From Candidatus Omnitrophota bacterium (GTDB lineage: Bacteria; Omnitrophota; Gorgyraeia; Gygaellales; Profunditerraquicolaceae): a stretch of DNA of 64,000 bases. Location of the stretch: the NCBI GenBank assembly GCA_963805065.1, contig CAWDSS010000010.1, forward strand, positions 536,359 to 600,358, given 5' to 3'. The position numbers and the translations under genes are program-made. Every line of letters begins with the position of its first letter. The first letter of the stretch is position 1. A model generated the notes under the pieces. The model saw nothing but the letters and a program-made list of their open reading frames with translations, ran no database searches and was not told where the DNA came from. This document shows, one piece after another, positions 1-12,400 of this stretch.

Positions 1-468
1 GTGCCTAAGAATTTCACGCCTGCTAAGTCTGTGTAGAGTAAACGTACGGCATCCAGGCCGCCCTGCTGATTGAAGCTGGCAGCATTCTTGTAGCTATTGA
101 TGATATCCTGTAAGGTCAGGGCTGTATCTAAGGTGGTAGTGATCACAGCGCCGGTGTCGATGTCTACACCCTTGATGGAGGTCTTGCCGATGTTGGCCAC
201 GGCATCAAACACGATCTGCCTTAACACAGCGCTCTTGGTAGAGACGCCGATTTTCTCATCAGTGGTGCCTAAGAATTTCACGCCTGCTAAGTCTGTGTAG
301 AGTAAACGTACGGCATCCAGGCCGCCCTGCTGATTGAAGCTGGCAGCATTCTTGTAGCTATTGATGATATCCTGTAAGGTCAGGGCTGTATCTAAGGTGG
401 TAGTGATCACAGCGCCGGTGTCGATGTCTACACCCTTGATGGAGGTCTTGCCGATGTTGGCCACGGCA
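1..468 (-). repeat. Perfect in-frame tandem repeat, period 264 bp (88 codons), truncated by the window edge
   Basis: Bases 1-204 are identical to 265-468 by direct comparison. The encoded unit contains ...GKTSIKGVDIDTGAVITTTLDTALTLQDIINSYKNAASFNQQGGLDAVRLLYTDLAGVKFLG. Confidence 0.95.
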
Positions 469-3400
469 GAAGTAATAACAACGCGGAATAAATAAGCCTG
501 AGTTGCCATGTCAATCCCATAAAGATCAACTATCAATTGACCGTTATTTGTCGCATCAATAAGACTGGCGCGATCCCGGATATTCTGCTTAACTTGATCG
601 ATGCTAGTGATAACACGAGCCTCTGATATCGTATCATTACCCGTAAGGCCTACATCAATATCTATATTTAAAGCAGTGTAAGTGCTAGCCCTGCCTGCAT
701 AAGCAAGAACCTGCTCCTCGACTCCAACAATTAAGCGGTGCAATTCATTATTCCCGTCATAGGTGGAATCAACCCTATAATACTTGGCGATGTCAGACCA
801 ATAATCTACCAAAGCCGCTCTATTCTTTATACTTGTCTGAAGAGCCCCCATAGTGGTATATTCACGCGGGACATACTGGTCTATAATTGTCAAGTCCGGT
901 TGCAAGACCCTGCCCAGATAAGTAGCTGTGCGACCAGACAGCATTAACGGTTGATCTTCATAGTCAATTATTTTCCAATCCTGCTCATTATACACATCAA
1001 AAAGCAAGTTCGGGTTATTGAAGTAAATCTTAGTGATGTCCGGCCAAACAGCCAAAAGCTGGGCTGCCTGTTCATAAGACGCAAAAACCGTGGCAACATC
1101 ACGATGTGTTCCATCGCTCTTATAGAAGATGCCATTCTTACTATCAGCAAATGCCAAGAGGTCATCATAGCCAACTCTTCTATCACTTAAATCAATGCCG
1201 AATTTAACCAAGATAAGATCATTAATCTGCTGCTTGAATTGTGAATCAAGCCAAAGCGAATAAAATGGAACAACATCTACCAGCACAGAGAATTCCGGGA
1301 AAGAGAATGCCTTAAGATCATCTATATTATAAGTACCATCCATGATATTTATTCCAAGGGTGCTTAGGACATCGTCATTAATCCTCTGTGCGTTTTTGTC
1401 GCTTGCCCACCCTCCAAATCTATCAATTGCCCTTTCGTAAAAACCTACCACGTGGTATAAGTCCCTCAGTGCGCCCGGTTGATCATAAACACGACCAAAA
1501 TCAGGGTTACTAATAATGGCCAATTCATCAGTATCAATGCCGTAAGTAAAATCTAAGTTAAAGGTGGAAAGAATCTTGTCATTAATCTTAGTCTTGTAGT
1601 TAGAAGGCGCGTTCTGCCAATCCGTGTACAAGGCCTGAACATCCGGTGGCAGATTACTAATATCTATCGCAGGGCCATGCAAATGCCTATCAGTGCCCTT
1701 GTTGAGTACAACGCGAGAAAGATCAAGCGATTTTCCCTGCCTATATTCTTTGTAGAGGCTCTTTAGGGTTAAGTTTGTAGCTGAATCAAGCCCTAACAGT
1801 CCGCCGATTTCATCAGTAACATCTGCTCCTGCTTCAATAATATTCTCATTTGAGCCTGCCTGATCATTTAAATATGCAGGAATTACATATATAGTATCAA
1901 TACCGTTATTGCCAAATTCGCCTGCAGGTTTAAATTTCAATCCGGATTTTATCTTGATATATTCCTGAGCTTTTTGCGGGTTAAGCGCAAACAAGGCTCT
2001 TCTTAAGAAACTGTCAACATGCCTGAATTCACCATACAACGCCTCTTTTTGCTTACCCTGAATTCCCTCTAACGGAGCTTTACCCAACAATTGCTCCAAT
2101 AAGTTTACATCTGTGTCTAAGCGACTGTTAAAGTTTTTGCGGTCTATCAGTGCATCTCTTAACCTTGCCTCAAATTTTGCAAATGGAATATCTTTATAAC
2201 CGCTGGCTGTCTTTAACACCTTTGCCCAGTAAACTATATTCCTGAAATCTCGCTCATTGCCGGAATCCAGCCTCACTTCAGCAAACCTGGCTAGTTTTTC
2301 TGCGTTTACCACATAAGGCATCAATGCCTTGAATCCGCCTACGTCCTTATACGAAGGGGCAATATAACCTTCATTAACAAGTTCCTTGTATTGCTCATGA
2401 AGCATATAGTTATAATAAGGTTGATTCTGGTATGCAGACGTATCTGCCAGGGCTATCCTGAATTTCTCCTCGTTAAGTTCCTGCGTAATCAAGGAAGTTA
2501 TCTCAAGAATCTGTTTAAAACCTGCGCCAGTGCCTTTCATAACCGCCTGCACCTTTAAGACATTGGCAAGTTCTCTCTCGGTATAACGTTGCTTGCCCTG
2601 CCCAAACATTTCTGCGTGAATCTGCTCAGCTTCTCTTAGTGCTCTCTCTTTATCATAACCTTGTTTAAGGAAAAACGCTGTATCGCGTAAAATCTGTCCG
2701 TCATCAACTGTGCCAAAGCTATTATGCTCAATGGCGCCAACCCAGTAGAATAATTCATCCTGCCATTCATCGCCGGCTATCTCGATATCTTTACCCGCAT
2801 GCGTTATCCTGATTAAATCCATTATGGGTGAAAGTAGCTCTGCGTTCAAACGGCTTAAGACTGCCTTGACCCTTTCTATATCAGGCAGTATTGCAAATGC
2901 CCTTGTGAGGGCAGCGTACCTGCTGTCTGCAGCATTAAAATGCCCGCCTAATAAATTAGCTACCTCTGGCCTGATCTTTAAGGAGTTATTGATATATTCT
3001 GCTGTCTTTTGTGGGCCCTCTGTCTTGAGCATGGCTGCAAAATAAACCAGCGTCCAAAAGTCAAGAGGCTTGGTAATGTCTAAGGTGGCTGTGTCAGAAT
3101 CATAATAGAGGTAATCAGCAACCCTGAATCTTATATCTGCAACATCTGCCATATAACCAAGGAGTTCTCTGGAATTTTCAAATACTTTCTTGTCATTTAG
3201 CTTATCAAACGCATCTGCATGGGCGATGAATTTCTTAACATCCTCGTCTTTGGTGATATTGAGCCTTGCCAGTTGAGCTTTTAAATCACTATCAATTTCC
3301 CCGGGCAGGAAACCTTCTACTCCCTTGATGAATGAAACCTTATCTTGTGTTTGCGATGAGCGCACATTTTCCCGTAATGACTTAAACTGGTCAACTGAAC

Positions 3401-6400
3401 ATATTTCACCTACTGGTTCTGCAGGAGCAACCTTTTGATTATCCTGGCTACCGGGGACTGTTCCTCGGGGATTAAACATGTTAAATAGGTTGGCAGAGAT
3501 GCTCATCTGGCTGCCATTATTGCCAAAAGAAGAATTAAACGTGGAATAGCTATTGCCGATATTAAAACTGACACCTTGATCCCTTGTTCCTGAATTCGAA
3601 TCATAGAAGGTGCTAAATCCGCCATTGTTGCCGTCAGGCTTGTTCCAGTTAATACCCCCGGTCGAACCATAACCCTGCCCTGAAGAATTAATATTCACAA
3701 AAGGATTAAACTGTCCACTGGTTTGCTGAGCCTGCACTTGATACACAACCTTATGCGTCTTTAAATCCTCACCTAATCCTGCTGACCAGGTCTCAATTCC
3801 AAAAGGACCTTTGCCTTCTATCCCCAGAGAAAGCGTAGGATGATCTTTATCATAGGTATAAGTAGGGCCAAACTTCATATCTTCCCTGGTTGAAGAAGTC
3901 CTTAAAAATTCTGTGGTAACCCTAACCGTGTTCTGTTTAAAATCATCATCTGCGCGCGTGCGAATCTCAAACCCCTTTGGCGCATAATCCACGAATACGC
4001 TACCGGCTTCATTCGTGCCAAAGAATCCCAGGCTTCCCTTTGCTTCACCCAAATCATATGCCATACGCGCCCCGCCTCCAACAACAGTAACGTTGCCGTT
4101 ATCACCAAGTTCTGCTATTGCAGTAGTAGAGGTGCCGTCTTTTGTTGTGTTAGTCAAAGAAACCAACGTGCTTCTTTTGTTATTTGTATTGCAGGAGTCC
4201 TGGTTATCACTCCAGTACTGCGTTACCTCAAGATTCTGCTTGTTTGTCCCCCCATTTCTTCCTACATCTATGGTAATGCTTTGTTGCTGCGGAGCTTGTG
4301 TTCTGAACCTGCCTACAAACGCCTTCTGATTGAGCTCCCAACTATGAATGATATCAGTATACATGTCTTGGCCCAAGTTAAGCTGCTGGAAGTATCTGCC
4401 GTAAAAGGTCCTTTCGCTATTGGCATCTTTAAACAGGTCGCTCTTTGACAACAAATCTACCTGAGAAATCCCTGTTCCCATAATCATATGGCCGTCCTGA
4501 TAAAACACTCCTTGTTTCAAGGCCTCAAAGAATTCAGTGGCCGTAATATACCTGTATTGTCCTTTGCTGTCTCCAAAACCAATAAACGTTTGATTATTAA
4601 TGTTATCATAGACCATTGTTGCTTTGGGTTGTGAAGCTACCTCTGCAGTAGTTTTGACAAAATTAGATTTAGCCTCTTCTTTTATCAGCCTAAGGGTTGC
4701 CTCTGCTGCATTTTCTATCTTAACATCAGCAGAACGGTCAGGCATAACATCCCCCGCAATACTGGCTAATAAAAGTATTACTCCCACCGTAGGATTAGTA
4801 GCGGTAGACAAGCTGAAATCCTTGGATTTCGTCTTGGTAAATTCCAGGTAAGCCAGGCTTGAGTTAATACTGGCCCTTAATAATGCTTTTTTATAATTCA
4901 GCTCTAAGGTTTCCAGCGCTCGGAGTGCATGCATATCCTTTTCGTCCTGGCTTATAGCAGCCACTTTTATAGCTTCTATTATTGCGTGCTGGATTTTAAT
5001 TACGCTTGGATTACTATCTAACACTTTAAATCCCTCTTTTTCAACAGCGGTTTTAATTGCCTTGAGCCGCTCTCTGAGTTCTTCTATATTTATATTGTAT
5101 TTATTGAGACTCTCTACAATGTCTTTATTATCCAGCGCAGTTAAGATGTCTCTTGCATAGATTGAATATGCCCTAAAAGCATATTTGAGGAATTCATAAT
5201 ATCCGGATGATTCTTTGGATTCTGCTGGTTTTGCAAAGCTTACGGTGCCAAAGGCAAAGTTAATCAGATTAAGTTTAATGCCTTCATCTAAGACTGCACT
5301 ATATTCTTTAAGGAAGTCAATTAGGGTGGGGATTTTATCATTATCAGGAACATTTTTAAGGTAAGGCTTAGCTAAATCATAGTCCGGAGGTGGATTTTCC
5401 AGTAAACTCTGATATTCAAGTCGTTTATTATCATTAATATCTTGGAATATTTTAAGCAGTTGCCTTTCTTCTTCTTGTTTTTCAGGGCTTAAATACCTTT
5501 CGTAATTTATGAGGAGCGTTTTAAGTTCGCCGGGCCCGGAAATTTTACTCGTAGCCTCTAATGGTTCTGTTGTCGGCTGAACAGGAATGGATTGCTCATT
5601 TAGTACTTTTAGTACTTTACCCATAAGACGATTGAGCCTAGCTGCATCTATTGCCTTGTCATACTCGCCTGTCTTCTGAAGACAAGTCTCTTCAGTTTCC
5701 CTTGCAATCAGTTGCACAATGTTTATCGCTTCTTTTATCCAAGTTGGGGAATCCATTTCACCTTCACTATTTTTGACCTGATCTAAATATCTGGCGTGGT
5801 TTAAAAAGTCCCTAAGCGCTGTAAGAACGGCTGTTTCGAAGAGTTTACGAACCTTCGAATCTAATTGCGCGTCCCCTAATATTTCTACGCATATTTCAGC
5901 TGGGCATTTTCCTCCCAGTTCCTCACTTGGCACAAATGCCACATCCCAAAGCTTGTTGTAGGCAGCCTGTTCTTCCTTTTCAATCTTCTGGCGCCTCTCA
6001 GATGAACTCAAGAAATTATCCAGGGCCTTTCTTGCCTGCTCAGACTGTTTTTTCTTTGCGTCTTTCAGTGTTTGCCTCACGTAAACTAACTCTTCATCAA
6101 GGGTTTTTTCTTCATTTACAATTGCAGGGATAGCTTTTTCAATTTCCGCCTTCCTTTCAACCTGCGAAACAGTAAGCTTTCCTGCTGCCATCTCCAATAA
6201 TTCATTCTTAAAATTTCTTTCTTCTGCCAGAAGGGTTGCAATCCTAGAATCAACATACCAAAGCCTTGCATATAAAAGCTTTTCTCTGTCTGGCTGCTGA
6301 ATTTCAGCATAGCCAGCATTATTAAGGTATTTAATAATGTCCTTGAAGGAAACTTTGCTGTTCTTTGCCAAGAATTCCGCAATTGCCTTGACCTCTGTAT

Positions 6401-9400
6401 CTCTGAATCTTCCCTTAACGCCTGTCACTGCCATAAGTTCTTCAATGAACGTATCATAATCCTCTTCGCTTAAGGCGCGGGTAGATAACTTATCCTTATT
6501 GCGCTGGGCAATCCTTAAAATTTCGTAAATAGACATCTCCTTAGTAACAGACAGGGGCTTAACAGTGCGGGTGACATTCTTGTCAAAATTATCCACCATT
6601 TGCTTGACCTGCTTTGCCGTTTCGGTTGCTGATATTTTTTGCGGCTGCTTTAATTGATCGAGAATTTTTTTCTTTTGATCTTTGCTATAATTTTTCTCAA
6701 CGTTCAGCTTAGACAACAGCGCTTTAGGATTAAAGGCTTTAAGATTCTTTATTGCTTCCTCACAAAGTATGCTGTAGTAAAATGCTTTGTAGCGGTCGGC
6801 AATAGGCCTGGTTGAATCATCAAACAATTTGACAAAACCTTTCTCGCCTTGCTCAAGCCCTTCTATTTCATCCTTGATTTTTGCATCCTGATAATAATCT
6901 TTTAAAGCAGCTATAACCAGATCGAGTTGTTTTTTGTGATCAAGCAATGTTATGCCCAACACAAATCCTGCATTCAGGCTCTGTGAACTTCCTGTTTCTC
7001 TACTAATGCTATGGTTAAGCCCTACATTAAAGAAAATAGAAGATAAGATTCCCCGGTCTTCTTTCTCTAGTGCAAACCTCCCGGGGATATTTTTAAGAGA
7101 TTCTGAAAGCTTGTTTCTGTAATTATCGAAGTCTTTTTGGATAACTGCCTTGACTTCATTATCCATAATATCAAGGCTTACATACTGGTTAAATTGCTTA
7201 AAGTAAGCCTCTTGTGCATCAACATATTCATTATAGGCTTGCAAATATTCCAGCGTTACCCTTTCTTTTTCTTTGCTGTTTAAATTCTCAATAGCGGCAA
7301 ACACGCGTATTCTGAGCGCTTCTGTGGCATTAAGTGCCTTATCCATTTCATTCATAAAAGCATTGCCTAACTCTGCCAGTTCTTCCATACTGATATCCTG
7401 GTTGCCCGTGAGAAGGTTAATAAGCTTGTTCCGGAACTCTGAAATTACACCTCCGAAATTAATGCCCAGGTTTGTATTCTTTAATAAATCGCGGCTTGAT
7501 TCTCCCTGAACCCCTCCACTAATATTTAATTGATTTGTGGTAGCCTCGTTGTGGGGTTTACCTATAACCTTTTCTCCATCGAAGGAAACATTGATTTCTG
7601 CGGGCTGCATCTTTTTATATTCCGGGCTGCCCGGCTTGAATCGGGGGATAGCTTGTCTTTGTTTATAAATAAAATCGAGGGCAATCATCAAAAGCTGATA
7701 CACGTCAGATTCTACAAGCACGCCCATGAAAATGTTGGCATCCAGCCAAGCCTTTAAGGTATTATAATCATGATACGCCTTAACAGGCGGCTGCATGTTG
7801 ATGCCTAAATTCTTAAGGGCTGCTGTAACTGCGTCTTGAGAAATAGCAATAATCTGGTCGCCGATTTCCTGCGGATTAACCTCTGAAGAGTTATTGTCGC
7901 TCACCCCTGCTAAGCCTGAACGGGAATCCAGCTTTCTTTCTTCTTTTTCCAGATTTCCCTTTTCCTGATAAAGCACCCAGAGTTTCCGGAAAGCACCTTG
8001 ATAAGAAGGCGTCATTCCCTTCAGGACCTTAATAAGGTCGCTGGCGCCCTTTAATGTCAATCCTTCTGCTCCAGTAATAACGCCTATTAGTGTCTTAAGC
8101 TTTGCCTCGATTCTTTCGTCCCGCAAAGGCGCCCTCTCTGCCCTTAACACCTGCAATACCTTTCTCAGTAGTTCTATTTTCTTATAATTGAGGCCACTCT
8201 TATCGGGATTGCTTTGTGCTTCAGCCAGGAGTTTTTCTATTTCAGCTACAGTATTGCGCTCCATTTCCAGGAGATTGATTTCTTTCTTGATTGCCTCCTC
8301 ATCCTGGCGGATTTTCTCTAATTTCTCATTGTCAGCCTTGCTGAAGGATTTAATTATAATCTTGTTGTCTTTGCCTATTTTAATTTCTCCTGCCTTAACC
8401 GCATGGTTGTAGAAATTGAATTCTTCTCTTAACTTTCCGGCAAGTTTCTTATGCTGCAGAATAAGGTTATTTAACACTCCTTGCATTTCTTGGCTTCTGG
8501 CTTCGCAAGCATCTTTTTCCAGCTGCCTCTGCTCTTCTTCTCTCCAAACTTCTTTTAAATACTCCTGGGTATTGTTGCCTTTGGCTGCCATAGCATCATA
8601 GTAGTCCCTATAGAAGTCTTGAGCGTTGTGCGGCAGGTATTCTCTGGGAATACCGTTACAATTTAACAAAGACAGGCGCGCTGCGTATAAAGAGCCGCCT
8701 TGTATAGTTTGGGCTTCATTGTAAGCCTGATAAATATTACGAATTGTCACCAATGGCTTGATTTCTGCCAAAGCACGCTGTAAAATTTTATTCTTTGCCT
8801 CCGGTACATAACCACTGAACAAATTATTTAAAATCCCTTCGATAGCCAGTAATTCTTCCAAGGAGCCGTTTACTACATGAACATTGATAATATTCGATAT
8901 TCTGTTGTTAATGGCCTTAATTGCATCTGCATAATCGCCGTTCTCTGTCGCTTTGCCTTCTTTGCTTCTAGTGTCTTTCAGTTGGTCCGTTATTATCTCT
9001 TTGAGAATGTTTTTCAATACGGATTTTTCTTCTTCCGTAATAATATTCAATTCGTATTTTTTCTTAAGCGCTTCGAGCAGCGATTTCATGGCATTATCAA
9101 AATCAGCATTCAGGAGAAATTCAACTGCCCTATCTGTATCCTCAGAAATTTTCTTAAGAGAATCGATTTTCCCATTGAGAGATTCTAATTCCTTCTTGTT
9201 CTTTTCAATATCAACTCCCTTTATCTCTGCCTCTAATTTCTCCCGGTCAATGGCTATGCCTAAAACCTTCATGGCCTCGGGGCTCAGTTTCAATTCATCA
9301 AGAGTTTTTGCGTAAGACAACTGATGTTGTTTCTTTTCATAATCCTTGACCTTAAGATCGAGTTCTGCCTGTTGTATCAACAAATCTTTATTCTCCACAG

Positions 9401-12400
9401 CTGTATTCTTGGTTAGCTTGTCCTTTTCTTTGGGCAAATCATTTACTTGCTGTTGTAAAATCATAACCTTGGCTAAATCATAGAGTGCGCTCAGATATTG
9501 CGGCTGCCTGGCAGAGTCAGCGATGGCTGCGTTAATCAATAGCCTAACGCGTTCTTTAGTGCTGTTATCAGCTGAAGTTAATAAACCGCAGAGGGTATTC
9601 TTGTCTTCTTTGGAAGCATCAGCCTGTTGCGGATTAGTCATTCCTGATTGTAACTCAAACGCTGCCTCCTTTACGATTTCTGCCATCTCACTTGCGCTAT
9701 CTCCCTTGGCTTGCAATTCTTTGTATCTTTTCTGTAAATTCTCCAATTTTTGTTTCTTGCTCTGGAAATCTTCGCCTTTTGACGCCTGAACACTTCCCAG
9801 GCTCATCTTCAGTTCATTCAATATCTGAATCTCTTTTTGATCCTCATTTGTATCTAAGCCAGGGACTCTCATCTCTATCAAGGCCGCTACCCTGTGCAAT
9901 CCTGCATTTTTGTATTCCTCAAGCGACTTCAGGCGTTCCTGGGCTTTCTTAGTAGCTTTCCGGACTTTCTCAACTTCTTCCTGGACATAAAACTTCTTAC
10001 CTTGCTCAATCTCATCTTTCTTGGCTTCAGCGATTTTTTGTTTTGCTGCTTCAATTTTTAAATTCATTAAAATATCTTCTATTTCCAGGATGCGTTTTGC
10101 ATTCTTCCGGAAACGAGTTTCCTTATCTTTGCTTTGCTGCTCTTTCTTAAGGATGCTCTGATAACTAGTCACTAACGATTGCTTTTGTTCCAGGAGCGAG
10201 AGCGTCCGCTCTGTATCATCTTCTGCCTTCAGGAACTTAATAGCAGAGTTAAAATAGGAGATTAGCGCAGCAGCTTTTTTGCTATTCCCCTCCATATCAA
10301 AATCTTTCTTATAGGTGACGGACAACCAGATACGGTTCTTTTCTACATCCACAACTCCCACAGGATACTCTGCCTGCAGGTAGCGATTCATAAACTCTTT
10401 GGCTTTGGGTTCGGTGATATCATTAGGCGAGGCTTTATTCTTGTTCAACAGATCCAAAATGTTCTTAAATGTATTAAGCTCATCAATCAGTTCTTTATAA
10501 AACTCTGTTTTTTCTCTGTTGGCTTTCTCATGATTCCACCAGAATAACTCTTTTATCCAATGCCTTGGCTCTTTTTCCCCAAAAGCTTTTCCCTCATCAG
10601 AGGTATTAGCAGCAATAAGCAATGCCTTTTCTGCCTTGAACTTATCAAGAGCGGCGGATATCTCGGCTTTCTTTTCCTGCAGCGGGTTATTTTCCTCCGG
10701 CTCTTTTATCTGCTGCTTAATCTCATTAGACGGATACTTTTCTTTAAACTCTGCAAATTTAACCCGCTCTAACGCCTCCTCTTGTTCTTTAATTTCACTG
10801 TCTTTTCTCTGAATATCTTGAGCCTTTGCTACGAGCATCTCAATAAACTTAGAGAATTCAGGCGTATTCCAATACCCAGCCAGTTTTTCCAGATTCTCCT
10901 TATTTACATCCGGTTTATTAATTCCTATATATCTTAATATCGTCTCCAGTGCTTCTTTAGAAGATTTGTTTTTCAGGGCTTCTCTGAAAGACTGTTGTTT
11001 GAATTCAGCAGAGTTAAGCATCTTCAGTGCCTCTTGCGGCTTTATGGGTTCTTTCTCTTGCGGGACGTTCTTTAAAGAAATTTTCTGGACCATGTCTTTC
11101 AGCTCATTCAAAGTCAAATTCTTATGCCTTTCTGAAGCCTCCTTAATAAGCTGCGCTCTGATTCCGTTAAGAGCCTCTTGCCAATTAATCCTGCCTTGAC
11201 GATCCCTGACTAAAGAAAGCCTAACTTTTTGTTTATTAATTCCATTCTGCTTGTTAATATCTTCTATGTATTTTACAATTGCCTCCTGGTCAGGCTTTCC
11301 AATAACCCCCGCTTTTCCTTTTTCAAATAACTCATCTACCAGTTTTTTGCTAAAATAGCGGCTGGTGAGCTGCGATTTCATCTCTTCTTTATTTAATAAT
11401 TCAATGATGAGATTCTTGCTGGCTTCAGGAATGTTTTTCCAGTCCAGCTGGTCGTTCTTAAGCACATTATCCAATACCTTATCATCAAGGCCCTTAAGCA
11501 TTGCCCTGTTATCCTCAACATAAATTCTCGTCTGATTATATTGCATCCAGGCATCCAAATTCATTCCTTTAAGCAGGACAATATTAGGTAAAATCTTTCC
11601 CTCTTTGGTTTCTCTCAATTCCTTGACATTTGCCCCGAATTTAGGCAGCTGGTTCTTTAGTAAATCTATTGCCTTCTTAACTTTATCTGCCATTGTGCCT
11701 TTTTGGCTAATCACCAGCTCTATGGCAACGGGTGCTCCGGGAGATAACTTCTTGTTATTAAGCCGCTTTACAAAATCATCTGTGAGGTGGGGGAATTCTT
11801 TTGCGTTTTCAGAGACGAAAATAACCTTTTCCGCAGTATGGATAAGAAATCCTGTCTCATCCTTCTCAGAAGATACTATACCAACCACAGCAACCAGTGC
11901 CTGCATGTCTTTGGCTATCTTCATAAGCTTATCCGGACTTGCGGTATCGACAATAAACATCATCTTGCCCAAATCTCCGCTTAATGCCTGTACCATCTGA
12001 ACCCCTAAGTCCTCTTTCATCTTCTCCCAGGCTTCTTGCTTTTCTTTAGTCGGATTTATCTTTAGCCGTTTTAATTCTTCAATTGTGGCAAGTGGTAGAT
12101 TTGCCCTGCCTTTATTAATGGTATCCAAAATCCCCTGAATTTGTTTTGTGTAAGGATGCCTTAGGCCATCCATCATATCTGCGAATTCGGTAGATGTCGG
12201 GAAACGATTGTTATGCTCTGCTCTCCATTTATTCAATTCAGGCTTGACTTGTTGTCTAAGCTCCGGAGCTATGTCTTCTTCTCTGTTGTCCTTAATAGAT
12301 ATCCAGAGTGATATGTTTGAGGCCTTATCAGTACATACCGTATCCCACTCCTTAATATTCAGCTTGCCATGTAACGCCTCATGTGTGAACTGAGCAAAAT

